Assembly: GCF_009914755.1 (NCBI RefSeq)
Contig: NC_060946.1
Source of the DNA: the human T2T-CHM13v2.0 reference genome, Homo sapiens
Strand: one strand, 5' to 3'
Length of the DNA: 64,000 nt
This document shows, in pieces, positions 42,001 to 53,750 of the stretch. The notes beneath the pieces were generated by a model. That model worked only from the letters and a program-made list of their open reading frames with translations, was not told the DNA's origin and searched no databases. How positions within the stretch are numbered: position 1 is the stretch's first letter; the number at the start of each line of letters is the position of its first letter. The position numbers and the translations under genes are program-made.

Positions 42001-45000
42001 GCTGGGTTCTGAGTGTATGACCCTCACATAGAAATCCAGAACACTGATATGAAGGTTTGAATATTTGTCTCTCACATAGGATTCCAGAACACTGCTACAA
42101 GGGTCTGAATGCTTGTCCGTCACAAAGGACTCCAGAACACTGCTGCTGGGTTCTGAATGTTTTTCCCTCTCATAGGATTGCAGAACACAGCTACGAGGGT
42201 CTGAATGTTTGTCTCTCACATATGATTCCAGAACACTGCTATGATGGTCTGAATGCTTGCCCCTCATGTAGGATACCAGAACACGGCTGCTGGGTTTTGA
42301 GTGTTTCTCTGTCACATAGGATTCCAGAACACTGCTTTGAGGGTCAGAAAGTTTTTCTCTCACAAAGGATTCCAAAACACCGCTGCTGGGTTCGGGGTGT
42401 TTGTCCCTCATATAGGATTCGAGAACACTGCTACGAGGCTCTGAATGTTTGTGCCTCAGAAAGGAATCCAGCACACTGCTGCTGGGTTCTGAGGGTTGGT
42501 CCCTCACATAGGATTCCATAACACTGATAAGAAGGCCTGAATGTAAGTCCCTCACAAAAGATTCCAGACCACTGCTGCAGGGTTCTCAGTGTTTGTCCCT
42601 CACATAGTACTACAGAACACGGCTGCTGGGTTCTGATTGTTTGTCCGTCACATAGCATTCGAGAACACTGCTACGGGGGTCTGAAGGTTTGTATCGCACA
42701 TAGGACTCCAGAACACTCCTTCGAGGTTCTGAATGTTTGTCCATCACCAAGGATTCCAGAACACTGCTACTGGGATGTGAGTGTTTGTCCCTCACTTGGG
42801 ATACCAGAACAAAGCTCCGAGGTTCTGAATGTTTGTCCCTCACTAAGGATTCTAGAACACTGCTGTTGGGTTCTGAGTGTTGTCCCTAAAATAGGATTCC
42901 AGAACACCGCTGCTGTATTCTGTATGTTTGTCCCTCACAAAGGATTGCAGAACACTGCTGCTGGTTTCTGAGTGTCTGTCCCTCATATAGGATTCCAGAA
43001 CACTTCTATGAGTGTCTGAATATTTGTCCCCCACCTAGGATTTCAGAACACAGTGGCTGGGTTCTGATTGTTTGTCCCTCACATAGGATTCCAGAATACT
43101 GCTGTTGGGTTCTGAGTGTTTGTCCCTCACAAAGGATTCTAGAACACTGCTGCTGAGTTCTGAGTGTTTGTCGCTCACAAAGGATTCTAGAACACTGCTG
43201 CTGGGTTCTGAGTGTTTGTCCCTCACATAGGATTCCAGAACGCTGCTGTTGGGTTCTGAGTGTTTGTCCCTCACAAAGGATTTTAGAACACTGCTGCTGG
43301 GTTCTGAGTGTTTGTCACTCACATAGGATTCCAGGGCACTGCTGCTGGGTTCTGAGTGTTTGTCCCTCACATAGGATTCCAAAACACTGCTGCTGGGTCT
43401 TGGTGTTTGTCCCTCACATAGGATTCCAGAAACCTGCTTCTGGGTTCTGAGTGTTTGTCACTCAGATCGGATTCCAAAACACTCCTGCTGTGTTCTGAAT
43501 GTTTGTCCCTCACAAAGGATTGCTGAGCACTGCTGCTGGTTTCTGAGTGTTTGTCCTCACGTAGGATTCCAGAGCACTTCTACAAGTGTCTGAATGTTTG
43601 TCCCTCAGATAGGATTCCAGAACACAGTGGCTGGGTTCTGAGTGTTTGTCCCTTACTTAGGATTTCAAAACACACCTGCTGGGTTCTGAGTGTTTGTCCC
43701 TCACATGGGATTCCAGAAGACTGCTCCTCATTTCTCAGTGTGTGTCCCTCACTTAGGATTCCAGAACACTGCTTCGAGGGTACGAATGTTTGTCCCTCAA
43801 AAAAGGATTCTAGAACACTACTGCTGTGTTCCAAATGCTTGTCACTCACATAGGTTTCCAGAACACTGCTGCTGGGTTCTGAGTGTTGTCCCTCACATAC
43901 GATTCCACAACACTTCTACGAGTGTCTGAATGTTTGTCCCTCAGATAGGATTCCAGAACACAATGGCTGGGTTCTGATTTTTTGTCCCTCACATAGGATT
44001 CCAGAACACTGCTGCGGGCTTCTGAGTGTTTGTCCCTCAAAAAGTATTCTAGGACACTGCTGCTGGATTCTGAGAGTTTTTCCCTCACGAAGGATTCTAG
44101 AACACTGCTCCTACGTTCTGAGTGTTTGTCCCTTACCCAGGGTTCCAGAACACTGCTGCTGGTTTCTGTGTGTTTGTTCCTCACAAAGGATTCTGGAACA
44201 CTGCTGCTGGGTCCTGAGTGTTTGTCCGTCACATGGGTTTCCAGAACACTGCTGCAGGGTTCTGAGTGTTTGTCCCTCACACAGGATTCCAAAACACTGT
44301 TGCTGGGTCTTAGTGTTTTTCCCTCGCAAAGGATTCCAGAACACAGCTGCTGGGTTCTGAGTGTTTGTCACTCAGATAGGATTCCAAAACACTGCTGCTG
44401 TGTTCTGTATGTTCGTCCCTCACAAAAGATTGCTGAGCACTGCTGCTAGTTTCTGAGTGTTTGTCCTCACGTAGGATTCCAGAGCACTTCTACAAGTGTC
44501 TGAATGTTTGTCCCTCATATAGGTTTCCAGAACAGAGTTGCTGGGTGCTGAGTGTTTGTCCCTCACATAGCATTGCAGAACAACGCTGCTAGTTTCTGAG
44601 TGCTTGTCCCTCACTAGGATTCCAGAACCTTGCTTCTGGGTCTTAGTGTTTGTCCCTCACTTAGGATTCCAGAACACTGCTGCTTGGTTCTGAGTGTGTG
44701 TCCCTCACTTAGGATTCCAGAGCACTGCTTCGAGGGTATGAATGTTGGTCCCTCACAAAGGATTCTAGAACACTACTGCTGTGTTCCAAATTCTTGTCAC
44801 TCACATAGGTTTCCAGAACACTGCTGCTGGGTTCTGAATGTTTTTCCCTCACAGAGGATTCCGGAACACTATTCCTGGGTTCTGAGTGTTTGTCCCTCAC
44901 ATAGGATTCCAGAACCCTGCTGTTGGGTTCTGAGTATTTCTCCCTCCCATATGATTCCAGAACACTTCTTCAAGGGTCTGAAGTTTTGTCCCTCATAAAA

Positions 45001-48000
45001 GATTCTGGAACACTGCTACTGGGATCTGATTGTTTTTCACCCACATAAGATTCCAGAACTCTGCTGCTGGGTTCTGAGTGTTTGTCCCTCACATGAGATT
45101 CCAAAACACTGCTGCTGGGTTCAGAGTGTTTGTCCCTCACAAAGGATTCTAGAACACTGCTGATGGCTTCTGTGTGTTTGTCTCTCACAAAGGATTCTAG
45201 AACACTGCTGCTGGGTTCTGAGCGTTTGTCCCTCACAAAGGATTCTAGAACACTGCTGCTGGGTTCTGAGCATTTGTCCCTCACAAAGGATTCTAGAACA
45301 CTACTGCTGGGTTCTGAGTGTTTGTTCCTCACATAGGATTCTAGAACAGAGCTGCTGGGGTCTGAGTGTATGTCACTCACATAGGATTCCAGAAAACTGT
45401 TGCTGGGTTGCGAGTGTTTGTCCCTCACATACGATTTCAGAATACTCTTAAGATGTACTGAATGTTTGTCCCTCACGTAGGATTCCAAAACACTGCTGCT
45501 CAGTTCTGTATGTTTGTTCCTCACAAAGGATTCCTGAGCACTGCTGCTGGTTTCTGAGTGTTTATCCCTCACATAGGAGTCCGGAACACTGCTGCTGGGT
45601 CCTGAGTTTTTGTCCCTCACGTAGGATTCCAGAACACTGCTAGGAGGGTCGCAATGTTTTTCCCTCACAAAGGATTCCAGAATACTGCTGCTGAGTTCTG
45701 TGTGTTTGTCCCTCACAAAGGTTTCCAGAGCACAGCTATTGGTTTCTGAGTCTTTGTCCCTCACATAGGATTCCAGAACACCTCTACGAGTGTCTGAATG
45801 TTTGTCCCTCATATAGGAAACCAGAACACAGTGGCTGGTTTCTGAGTGTTTGTCCCTCACATAGATTTCCAGATCACTGCCGCTGGGTTCTGAAAGTTTG
45901 TCCTCACATAGGACTCCACAACACTGCTCCTGGGTTGTGAGTGTTCTCCCTCATATAGGATTCCAGAACACTGCTGCTGGGTTCTGAGTGTTTGTCCCTC
46001 ACATAGGATTCCAGAACAGTGCTACTGGGTACTGATTGTTTGTCCCTCACATAGGAATCCAGAACTCTGCTACGAGGGTCTGAATGTCTGCCCATCACAA
46101 GGGATTCCAGAACACTGCTGCTGGATTCTGAGTGCTTTTCCATGACATAGTATTCGAGAACACTTTTGGTGAGTTTGAGTATTTGTCCCTCATATAGGCT
46201 TCCAGAACACTGTTGCTGGGTTGTGAGTGTTTTTCTCTCACGTGGGATTCCAGAACACTGCTGCTGGGTTCTGAGGTTTTGTCCCTCACTTAGGATTCCA
46301 GAACACTGCTGCTAAGTTCGGAGTTTTTCTTGCTCACATAGGATTCCAGAACACTGTTGCTGGTTTCTGAGTGCTTCTCCTTCAAATAGGATTCCAGAAC
46401 ATTGCTAGGCGGTCTAAATGTTTGCCCATAACAACGGATTCCAGAACACTGATGCTGGGTTCTGAGTGTTTGTCCCTCACATGGGATTCCAAAACACTGC
46501 TGCTGGGTTCAGAGTATTTGTCCCTCATGTACGATTCCAGAACACTGCTACGAGGTTCTGAATGTTTGTCCCTCACAAAGGATTCCAGAACAGTGCTGCT
46601 GGGTTCTGAGTGTTTGTCCCTCACAAAGGATTCCAGAACTCTGCTGCTGGATTCTGAGTGTTTTTCCCTCACAGGATTCCAGAACACTGTTACGAGGGTC
46701 TGAATGTTTATCCCTCAGATAGGATTCCAGAAACACCGTGGCTGAGTTCTGAGTATTATTCCTTCACATAGGATTCCAGAACACTGCTGCTGGGTTCTGA
46801 ATTTTTGTCTCTCACATAAGTTTCCAGAATCCTGCTACTGGGTTCGGAGTGTTTTGCCCACACATACGATTCCAGATCACTTCTTCGAGGGTCAGAAGGT
46901 TTGTCCCTCTCAAAGGATTCTAGAAAACTGCTTCTGGGTTCTGATTGTTTTTCACTCACATAGGATTTGAGAACCCTGCTGCTGGGTTCTGCGTGTTTGT
47001 CCCTCACATGGGATTCCAGAAGACTGCTACTGTGTTCTGTATGTTTGTCCCTCACGTAGTATTCGAGAACACTTCTACGAGTGTCTGAATGCTTGTCCCT
47101 CAGATGGGATTCCAGAACACAGTGGCTGGGTTCTGAGTGTTTGTCCCGCACACAGGATTCCAGAACACTGCTGATGGGTTCTGAGTCTTTGTCCCTCACA
47201 AAGGATTCTAAAACTCTCCTACTGGGTTCTGAGTGTTTGTCCCTCACATAGGATTACAGAACACAGCTACGACGGTCTGAATGTTTCTCCATCACAATGC
47301 ATTGCAGAACCCTGCGACTGGGTTCGAAGTGTTTGGCCCTCATATGCGATTCCAGATCACTTCTTTGAGGGTCAGAAGGTTTGTCCCTCACAAAGGATTC
47401 GCGAACCCTGCTGCTGGGTTCTGCGTGTTTGTACCTCACATGGTATTCCAAAACACTGCTGCTGGGTTCTGAGTTTTTGCCCCTCACAAAGGATTCCAGA
47501 ATACTGCTTTAGGACTGTGAGTGTTTGTCCCTCACAAGGGATTCCAGAGCACTCCCGCTGGTTTCTGAGTGTTTTTCCCTCACATAGTATTCCAGAACAG
47601 TGCTTTGAGGGTCTGAAGGTTTGTCCCTCACAAAGGATTCTAGAACACTGCTTTTGGATTTTGAGTGTTTGTCACTCACATAGGATTCCGCAACACTGCT
47701 TCTGGCTTCTGAGTGTTTGTCCCTCACATGGGATTCCAAAACACTGCTGCTGGGTTCAGAGTGTTTGTTCCTTACATGGGATTCCAAAACACTGCTGCTG
47801 GGTTCAGAGTGTTTGTCCCTCACATACGATTCCAGAACACTGCTACTAGTTTCTGAATGTTTGTGCCTCACAAAGGATTCTAGAACACTGCTGCTGGGTT
47901 CTGAGTGTTTGTCACTCACATAGGATTCCGGAACACTGCTTCTGGCTTCTGAGTGTTTGTCCCTCACATGGGATTCCAAAACACTGCTGCTGGGTTCAGA

Positions 48001-49087
48001 GTGTTTGTTCCTTACATGGGATTCCAAAACACTGCTGCTGGGTTCAGAGTGTTTGTCTCTCACATACGATTCCAGAACACTGCTACTAGTTTCTGAATGT
48101 TTGTGCCTCACAAAGGATTCTAGAACACTGCTGCTGGGTTCTGAGTGTTTGTCACTCACATAGGATTCCAGAACACTGCTTCTGGCTTCTGAGTGTTTGT
48201 TCCTCACATGGGATTCCAAAACACTGCTGCTGGGTTCAGAGTGTTTGTCCCTCACGTACGATTCCACAACACTGCTACTAATTTCTGAATGTTTGTGCCT
48301 CAGAAAGGATTCTAGAACACTGCTGATGGGTTCTGAGTGTTTGTCCCTCACATAGGATTCCAGAACACTGCTGCTGGATTGTGAATGTTTTTCCCTCACG
48401 TGGGATTCCAAAACTGTGCTGCTGGTTTCAGAGTGTTTGTCCTTCATATACGATTCCAGATCACTGCTACTAGTTTCTGAATGTTTGTGCCTCACAAATA
48501 TTCTAGAACACTGCTGCTGGGTTCTGAGTGTTTTTCCCTCACATGGGATTGGAGAACACTGCTGCCACATTCTGTCTGTCCCTCACATACGATTCCACAA
48601 CACTGCTACGAGTCTCTGAATGTTTGTCTATCACAAAGGATTCTAGAACACTGCTGCTGGGTTCTGAGTGTTTGTCCCGCACAGAGGATTCCATAACACT
48701 GCTGCTATTTTCTGAGTGTCACTCACATAGGCTTCCAGTACACTGCTGCTGTGTTCTGAGTGTTTGTCTCTCACCTAGTATTCCAGAACGCTGCTGCTGA
48801 TTTCTGAGTGTTTGTCCCTCACATCGGATTCCAGAACACGGCTGCTGAGTTCTGAGTGTTTGTCCCTCACATAGGATTCCATAAAACTGCTGCAGATTTC
48901 TTAGTGTTTGTCACTCACATAGGATTCCAGAACCCTGCTGCTGGGTTCTGAGTGTTTCTCCCTCACATGGGATTCCAAAACACTGCTGCTGGTTTCAGAA
49001 AGTTTGTCCCTTACACACGATTCCAGAACACTGCTACGAGGTTCTGAATGTTAGTAACTCACAAAGGATTCTGTAAGACTGCTGCAG
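1..49087. repeat. CER (D22Z3-type) 48-bp satellite array, ~1020 diverged monomers in one orientation; runs off the left edge of the window
   Basis: Continuous 48-bp tandem unit ...GGATTCCAGAACACTGCTGCTGGGTTCTGAGTGTTTGTCCCTCACATA..., with a second monomer class (CTGCTACGAGGGTCTGAATG...CACAAAGG). This matches my recollection of the CER consensus, a dimer of these two types. The ORF track shows 16-aa periodicity. Confidence 0.93.
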
Positions 49088-49133
49088 CCTCCGAAAGTGC
49101 TGGGATTACAGGCATGAGCCACTGTGACCGGCC
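49085..49133 (-). mobile_element. Alu fragment (5' ~49 nt only), fused directly to the satellite
   Basis: cagcctccgaaagtgctgggattacaggcatgagccactgtgaccggcc is the reverse complement of the Alu 5' end (GGCCGG...TGTAATCCCAGCACTTTGGGAGGC). Confidence 0.92.
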
Positions 49134-49600
49134 ATTCATTTATTCTTAGGTTTTTTTTCTATTAATGCCTACTGTGTGTCAGGACCTACGGATGCAGATT
49201 ATAGAAGATATATGTACACTGGTGAAGGTGATAGGAGAAATACTGGATTTAAAAGAGGAAGTGCATGGAAATGATATGAAATACATAGGAATTGTGCTAA
49301 ACCCAAAGTTGGGCAGGGGGAGAGTGTTAAATAAATCTTTACAGAGGAAGTGCCATATAAGTTGAGACCTCATCATGGAGTTTGAGGGAACGAGAAGGGC
49401 ACAAAGAAGTGGGAAATGGGTTGGGGGTGCGATGTGAAAAAGAAACCATTTCGGTAAAGGGAAGAGCATGTAAAGTCCCGTAAAGAAAACTTTAAATTTG
49501 AAGATGTAGAAATGCAAAACCAGCCTCAGAATGGTTGGATTGCGAAGGAGGAAGTGGTAACAGTTTGGAGCCTTTTGAGTAGGGCCTTTTGAGTATGTCC
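49134..49600 (-). mobile_element. L2 LINE 3' remnant, highly diverged; right boundary approximate
   Basis: attcatttattc...attaatgcctactgtgtgtcagg resembles the L2 terminus. gaggaagtgccatataagttgagacct...aaagggaagagcatgtaaagtccc resembles an internal L2 motif. Confidence 0.6.
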
Positions 49601-49891
49601 AGGACCGTCTGTTTCATGCCTGCAGTTCCAGCATTATTACAAATAAATAGCCTTTCTCCCACTTTCAATTGTTTCCCTATTTGGAGGATAAATTATATGG
49701 CCACACCTGAAATCGTAAGCTTATTAAAAAGTGGAAAGTGATTCAAAGGATTTGAAGGAAGAAGTGACATGTCACTCCATATGTAGACCAGCCTTTTGAG
49801 GCATTGGAAGGTGTAGAATGGGAGAAATGCAATGCTGAATGAAGGAAGGCCAATAGGAGCCTGTAGAAATAATTCAGATGATAGAACACTA

Positions 49892-50132
49892 ACACTTTGG
49901 TCTGCAAGGTGGGCTGATCACCTAAGGTCAGGAGTTTGAGACCAGCCTGGCCAACATGGTGAAACCCTGTCTCTACTAAAAATACGAAAATTACCCGGGC
50001 ATGGTAGCAGTTGCCTGTAATCCCAGCTACTTGGGAGGCTGAGGCAGGAGAATCACTTGAACCTGGGAGAAGGAAGTTGCAGTGAGCTGAGATTGTGCTC
50101 TTCACTCCAGCCTGGGTGAAAGAGTAAAACTC

Positions 50133-50135
<3 letters not shown>
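49892..50135 (+). mobile_element. AluS-type element, 5'-truncated
   Basis: gatcacctaaggtcaggagtttgagaccagcctggccaacatggtgaaaccctgtctctactaaaaatac, followed by a right arm ending at aaaactccctc. Confidence 0.92.
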
Positions 50136-50182
<47 letters not shown>

Positions 50183-50210
50183 GCACATAAACACACACAC
50201 AAAAGCACAC
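50136..50210 (+). repeat. (CA)n microsatellite (~22 pure units, then degenerate) in place of the Alu A-tail
   Basis: Pure CA run at 50136-50180 immediately after the Alu end. Confidence 0.97.
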
Positions 50211-50404
50211 GATTGAGGTCCTAATGAAAGAGTATGGGATGGGTGGAAGGAAGCATGGGGGATGGGCAGCTTGAGGGACAACTTCAATATGTGGTCTTGG
50301 AATAACTAATACTTTCGGATAAAAATAGAACAGTTGCCACTGGAGTGAACTCCAAATATATTAAAAATTTAAGTGTAAAAAGTTGAACCATAAGAATATT
50401 ATTG

Positions 50405-51072
<668 letters not shown>

Positions 51073-51470
51073 TTATGTGAATATGGAATAGAAAAGCATT
51101 TGAAACACAAAGACAGGAATACACACATACAGACACACAAACACGCACCCATAAAGGAAGTAATATTTTAAAATCCTTAAGTGAGGTTAGAAGGAATCAT
51201 TTATTAATATACATGATTTATGATATTTGTCCTTAATAAGATGTCATAATTTATTATGTTTCCTTTATTTTTCCTTTTACAAAGTGACTTGATACTTAAA
51301 AGGAAATAGAAATATTCTTTTTTGATAATACATAATTGTATTTTTCATTCAAATTAAAAAGAAAGCAATAGCCCCTATCTTCCTTGATTTATTAGTGAGG
51401 ACGAGTATCTTTTCCTAAAGTTACATGTTTTTCTTCTTCTTGGCTAGCTGCATTACCTTGCAACCCTTTC

Positions 51471-51504
<34 letters not shown>

Positions 51505-51592
51505 CACACATATATATATACACATACATACATGTATATATATACACATATATATGTATGTGTGTATGTGTGAATATGTATATATATATATA
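51471..51592 (+). repeat. Compound (TG)n/(TA)n/(CATA) microsatellite
   Basis: Directly visible alternating purine-pyrimidine tract. Confidence 0.95.
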
Positions 51593-52016
51593 AAATATGT
51601 GGTTTTGTCCCAGTATATTCTATGGGATCATAGAATGCACTAATTACTGTGATTTTTTTTTTTTTTGCTTTTAATATTTTTGGTATTTTGTAGCCTTCTC
51701 TTTGTGTCAACAAAATTATCGATTTAATTTTTCCTTATAGATGAACCTTTGTTATTTCTGCTTTTCTGCTGTTTAAATAACACTATGATGCACATCTTTT
51801 GTATATTAGACAATTTTATGGATTTTGTCAAAATATACTTTAATTAGGACAGTAAATTATTGGTGCATACATAATGTTTGTACATTTTACAGTTTTGATC
51901 ATTATTTCCAGCTGGTTGTTAAGACAGACCTTCTCGAGCACCTGCAGTATAGTGCATGAGAAGGCATGTTTCCTTATGCTGTTGCAATTTGCATAAGCTC
52001 TTTTTAATTAATATTC

Positions 52017-52309
52017 TTTTTTTTTTTGAGACAGAGTCTCACTCTGTTGCCCAGGTTGAAGTGCAGTGGCACAATCTCAGCTGACTGTAACTTCTACCTT
52101 CTGGTCTCAAACTATTCTCCTGCCTCAGCCTCCCAACTAGCTGGGACTACAGGTTCGTGTCACCACACCTGGCTAATTTTTGTATTTTTTGTGGAGTTGG
52201 GGTTTTGGCATATTGGCCAGGCTGGTCTCGAACTCCTGGCCTCAAGTGATCCACTCACCTAGTCCTCCCAAAGTGCTGGGATTACAAATGTGAGTCACCA
52301 TACACAGCC
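52017..52309 (-). mobile_element. Older Alu (AluJ/early S), full length
   Basis: T tail followed by gagacagagtctcactctg...ctcctggcctcaagtgatcc...cagcc. TSD-like taatattc on both flanks. Confidence 0.92.
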
Positions 52310-52346
52310 TCAAGTAATATTCCTTTCTAGCTTTTCTAGTTGATCA

Positions 52347-52430
52347 CCACTAGAATGTAAGCTACATGAGAGTAGGGAATAAAAGTTGCAGACGTATAGC
52401 AAGCTTTCGGTGAGTACTGCATGATTAAAT
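52347..52430 (+). mobile_element. L2 3' fragment
   Basis: ccactagaatgtaagctacatgagagtagg resembles the L2 motif ccactagaatgtaagctccatgagggcagg. Confidence 0.55.
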
Positions 52431-52539
52431 AATGGTTAGTAAAAATTTTATGTTATTCCTAATGAATTGTGATTGACATAAGAGTATAAAATCATTATTA
52501 TATATTTCTCCTCAGTTATTTCTCTTTAATCTTACATGC

Positions 52540-53737
52540 ATTTTGTAAGACTGTGTAGAAATATGTACTTTTATGTAGTAGAATTTGGTGTGCTTTTTCT
52601 TTATGACTTCTGGGCACTGAGTTAGCTTAGAAAGGACTGCCATTCTTCATGACAACTTCAGGAAAATTTTCTTTCTTATTTTCTTTTGACTTTTTAAAAA
52701 ATTGAATTTTAAAGTTTGAAATCATTAATCTGTATGAAAATTTGGTGTATGGTATAAGAAGTGGTTCTAGTTTTTTTAATTCCAGTGGATAGCAATTTTC
52801 TCACAGTCTGATTTGTCTTTATTATATACATGAATCTGTTTTGAACTCTTGGTTTGATTGTTGTTAATTTGGTTATCTTATCATTTTAGTAATTATAGCA
52901 TGATACCTGCTAAGGCCAAATTTCTATCATTATTCTTGCAAATGTATTTTTCCTGAAGAAATTTAGAATTCTCTCTTCATGTCATTAAAAAAACCCATTG
53001 GGATGCAGTTGAATTTTCCAGTGAAAGAACATGGCAATTTATTTATTTAGGTCAAATTGTTTCTTACATAAACCTGGAATATTTCCTGCTAAGTCTGTTC
53101 CCAGGCCTGATGTGTATGTGTGTGTGCATGCACTCATATATTTATATGTATACACACATATACATGTATATAAATTAATTTTCCCCAATGTATACTATTT
53201 ATTGTTTTCTAACAAGTATATTGTTTCTATACAGTAAATATGTTAATTTCCATAATACTTATTTTATGTCACCTTACTGATATATATTATTTTTTAAAAT
53301 GTTCGATGTTATGTTATTAAGATTTTTAAATCTTTTCCTTTTTAGTAATTACAGATCATTTTCCCCTTACCTTATTGCCTTGATATGACTTGCACAAAAA
53401 AAATGTTCAAAACTTGTAGTAAATAAAGGATATGTTTTTGTTTTTCTGTACTTTTATGGGGATACTTCTGTGCTTCCTGTTATTATACCTCTGTGCTTCC
53501 TGTTATTATCATCAAACATCCTGTATAATGTTTGTTGCTGGTTTCTGATAGAATATTTTACAAAATTTTGTTCTGTCATTTTTTTAAAAAATCAAGATTA
53601 TATTACATTTTGTCAAATGCCTTTATGGTACTTATCAAAGTGATCATAGAAGCTTTTTTAGTTGTTAACATAAATAATAATGTGCAGATATTTATATTGA
53701 CAAAACATTAAATTCTTGGGGTTAAATCTTCTTTTTG
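52540..53737 (-). mobile_element. Old L1M ORF2-derived fragments; boundaries approximate
   Basis: tttggtgtatggtataag...ttctagttttttt...tggatagcaattttc and ttttgtcaaatgcctttatgg...atcaaagtgatcata are typical antisense L1 ORF2 motifs. Confidence 0.55.
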
Positions 53738-53750
53738 ATAAAAAAAGATT

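Noticed and set aside
9-48800. Hundreds of ORFs: Cys/His-rich (IPEHCCWVLSVCPSHR)n on + and Ser-rich (VRDKHSEPSSSVLESY)n on -, up to 353 aa, superficially zinc-finger- or metallothionein-like
   Set aside because: 48 bp is 16 codons and the consensus lacks stops in some frames. The ORFs overlap on both strands, mostly start at GTG/TTG, and are broken by frequent stops and frameshifts. The spacing does not fit C2H2 fingers (84-bp unit with TGEKP linker).
1-49087. CRISPR-like array of regularly spaced repeats
   Set aside because: There are no unique spacers; the whole 48-bp unit is repeated. The context is primate DNA with no cas genes.
1-49087. Steroid-receptor response elements (AGAACA...GTTCT) or STAT sites
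   Set aside because: Half-site spacing is 9 nt rather than 3, and TTC-GAA spacing is 2 rather than 3-4.
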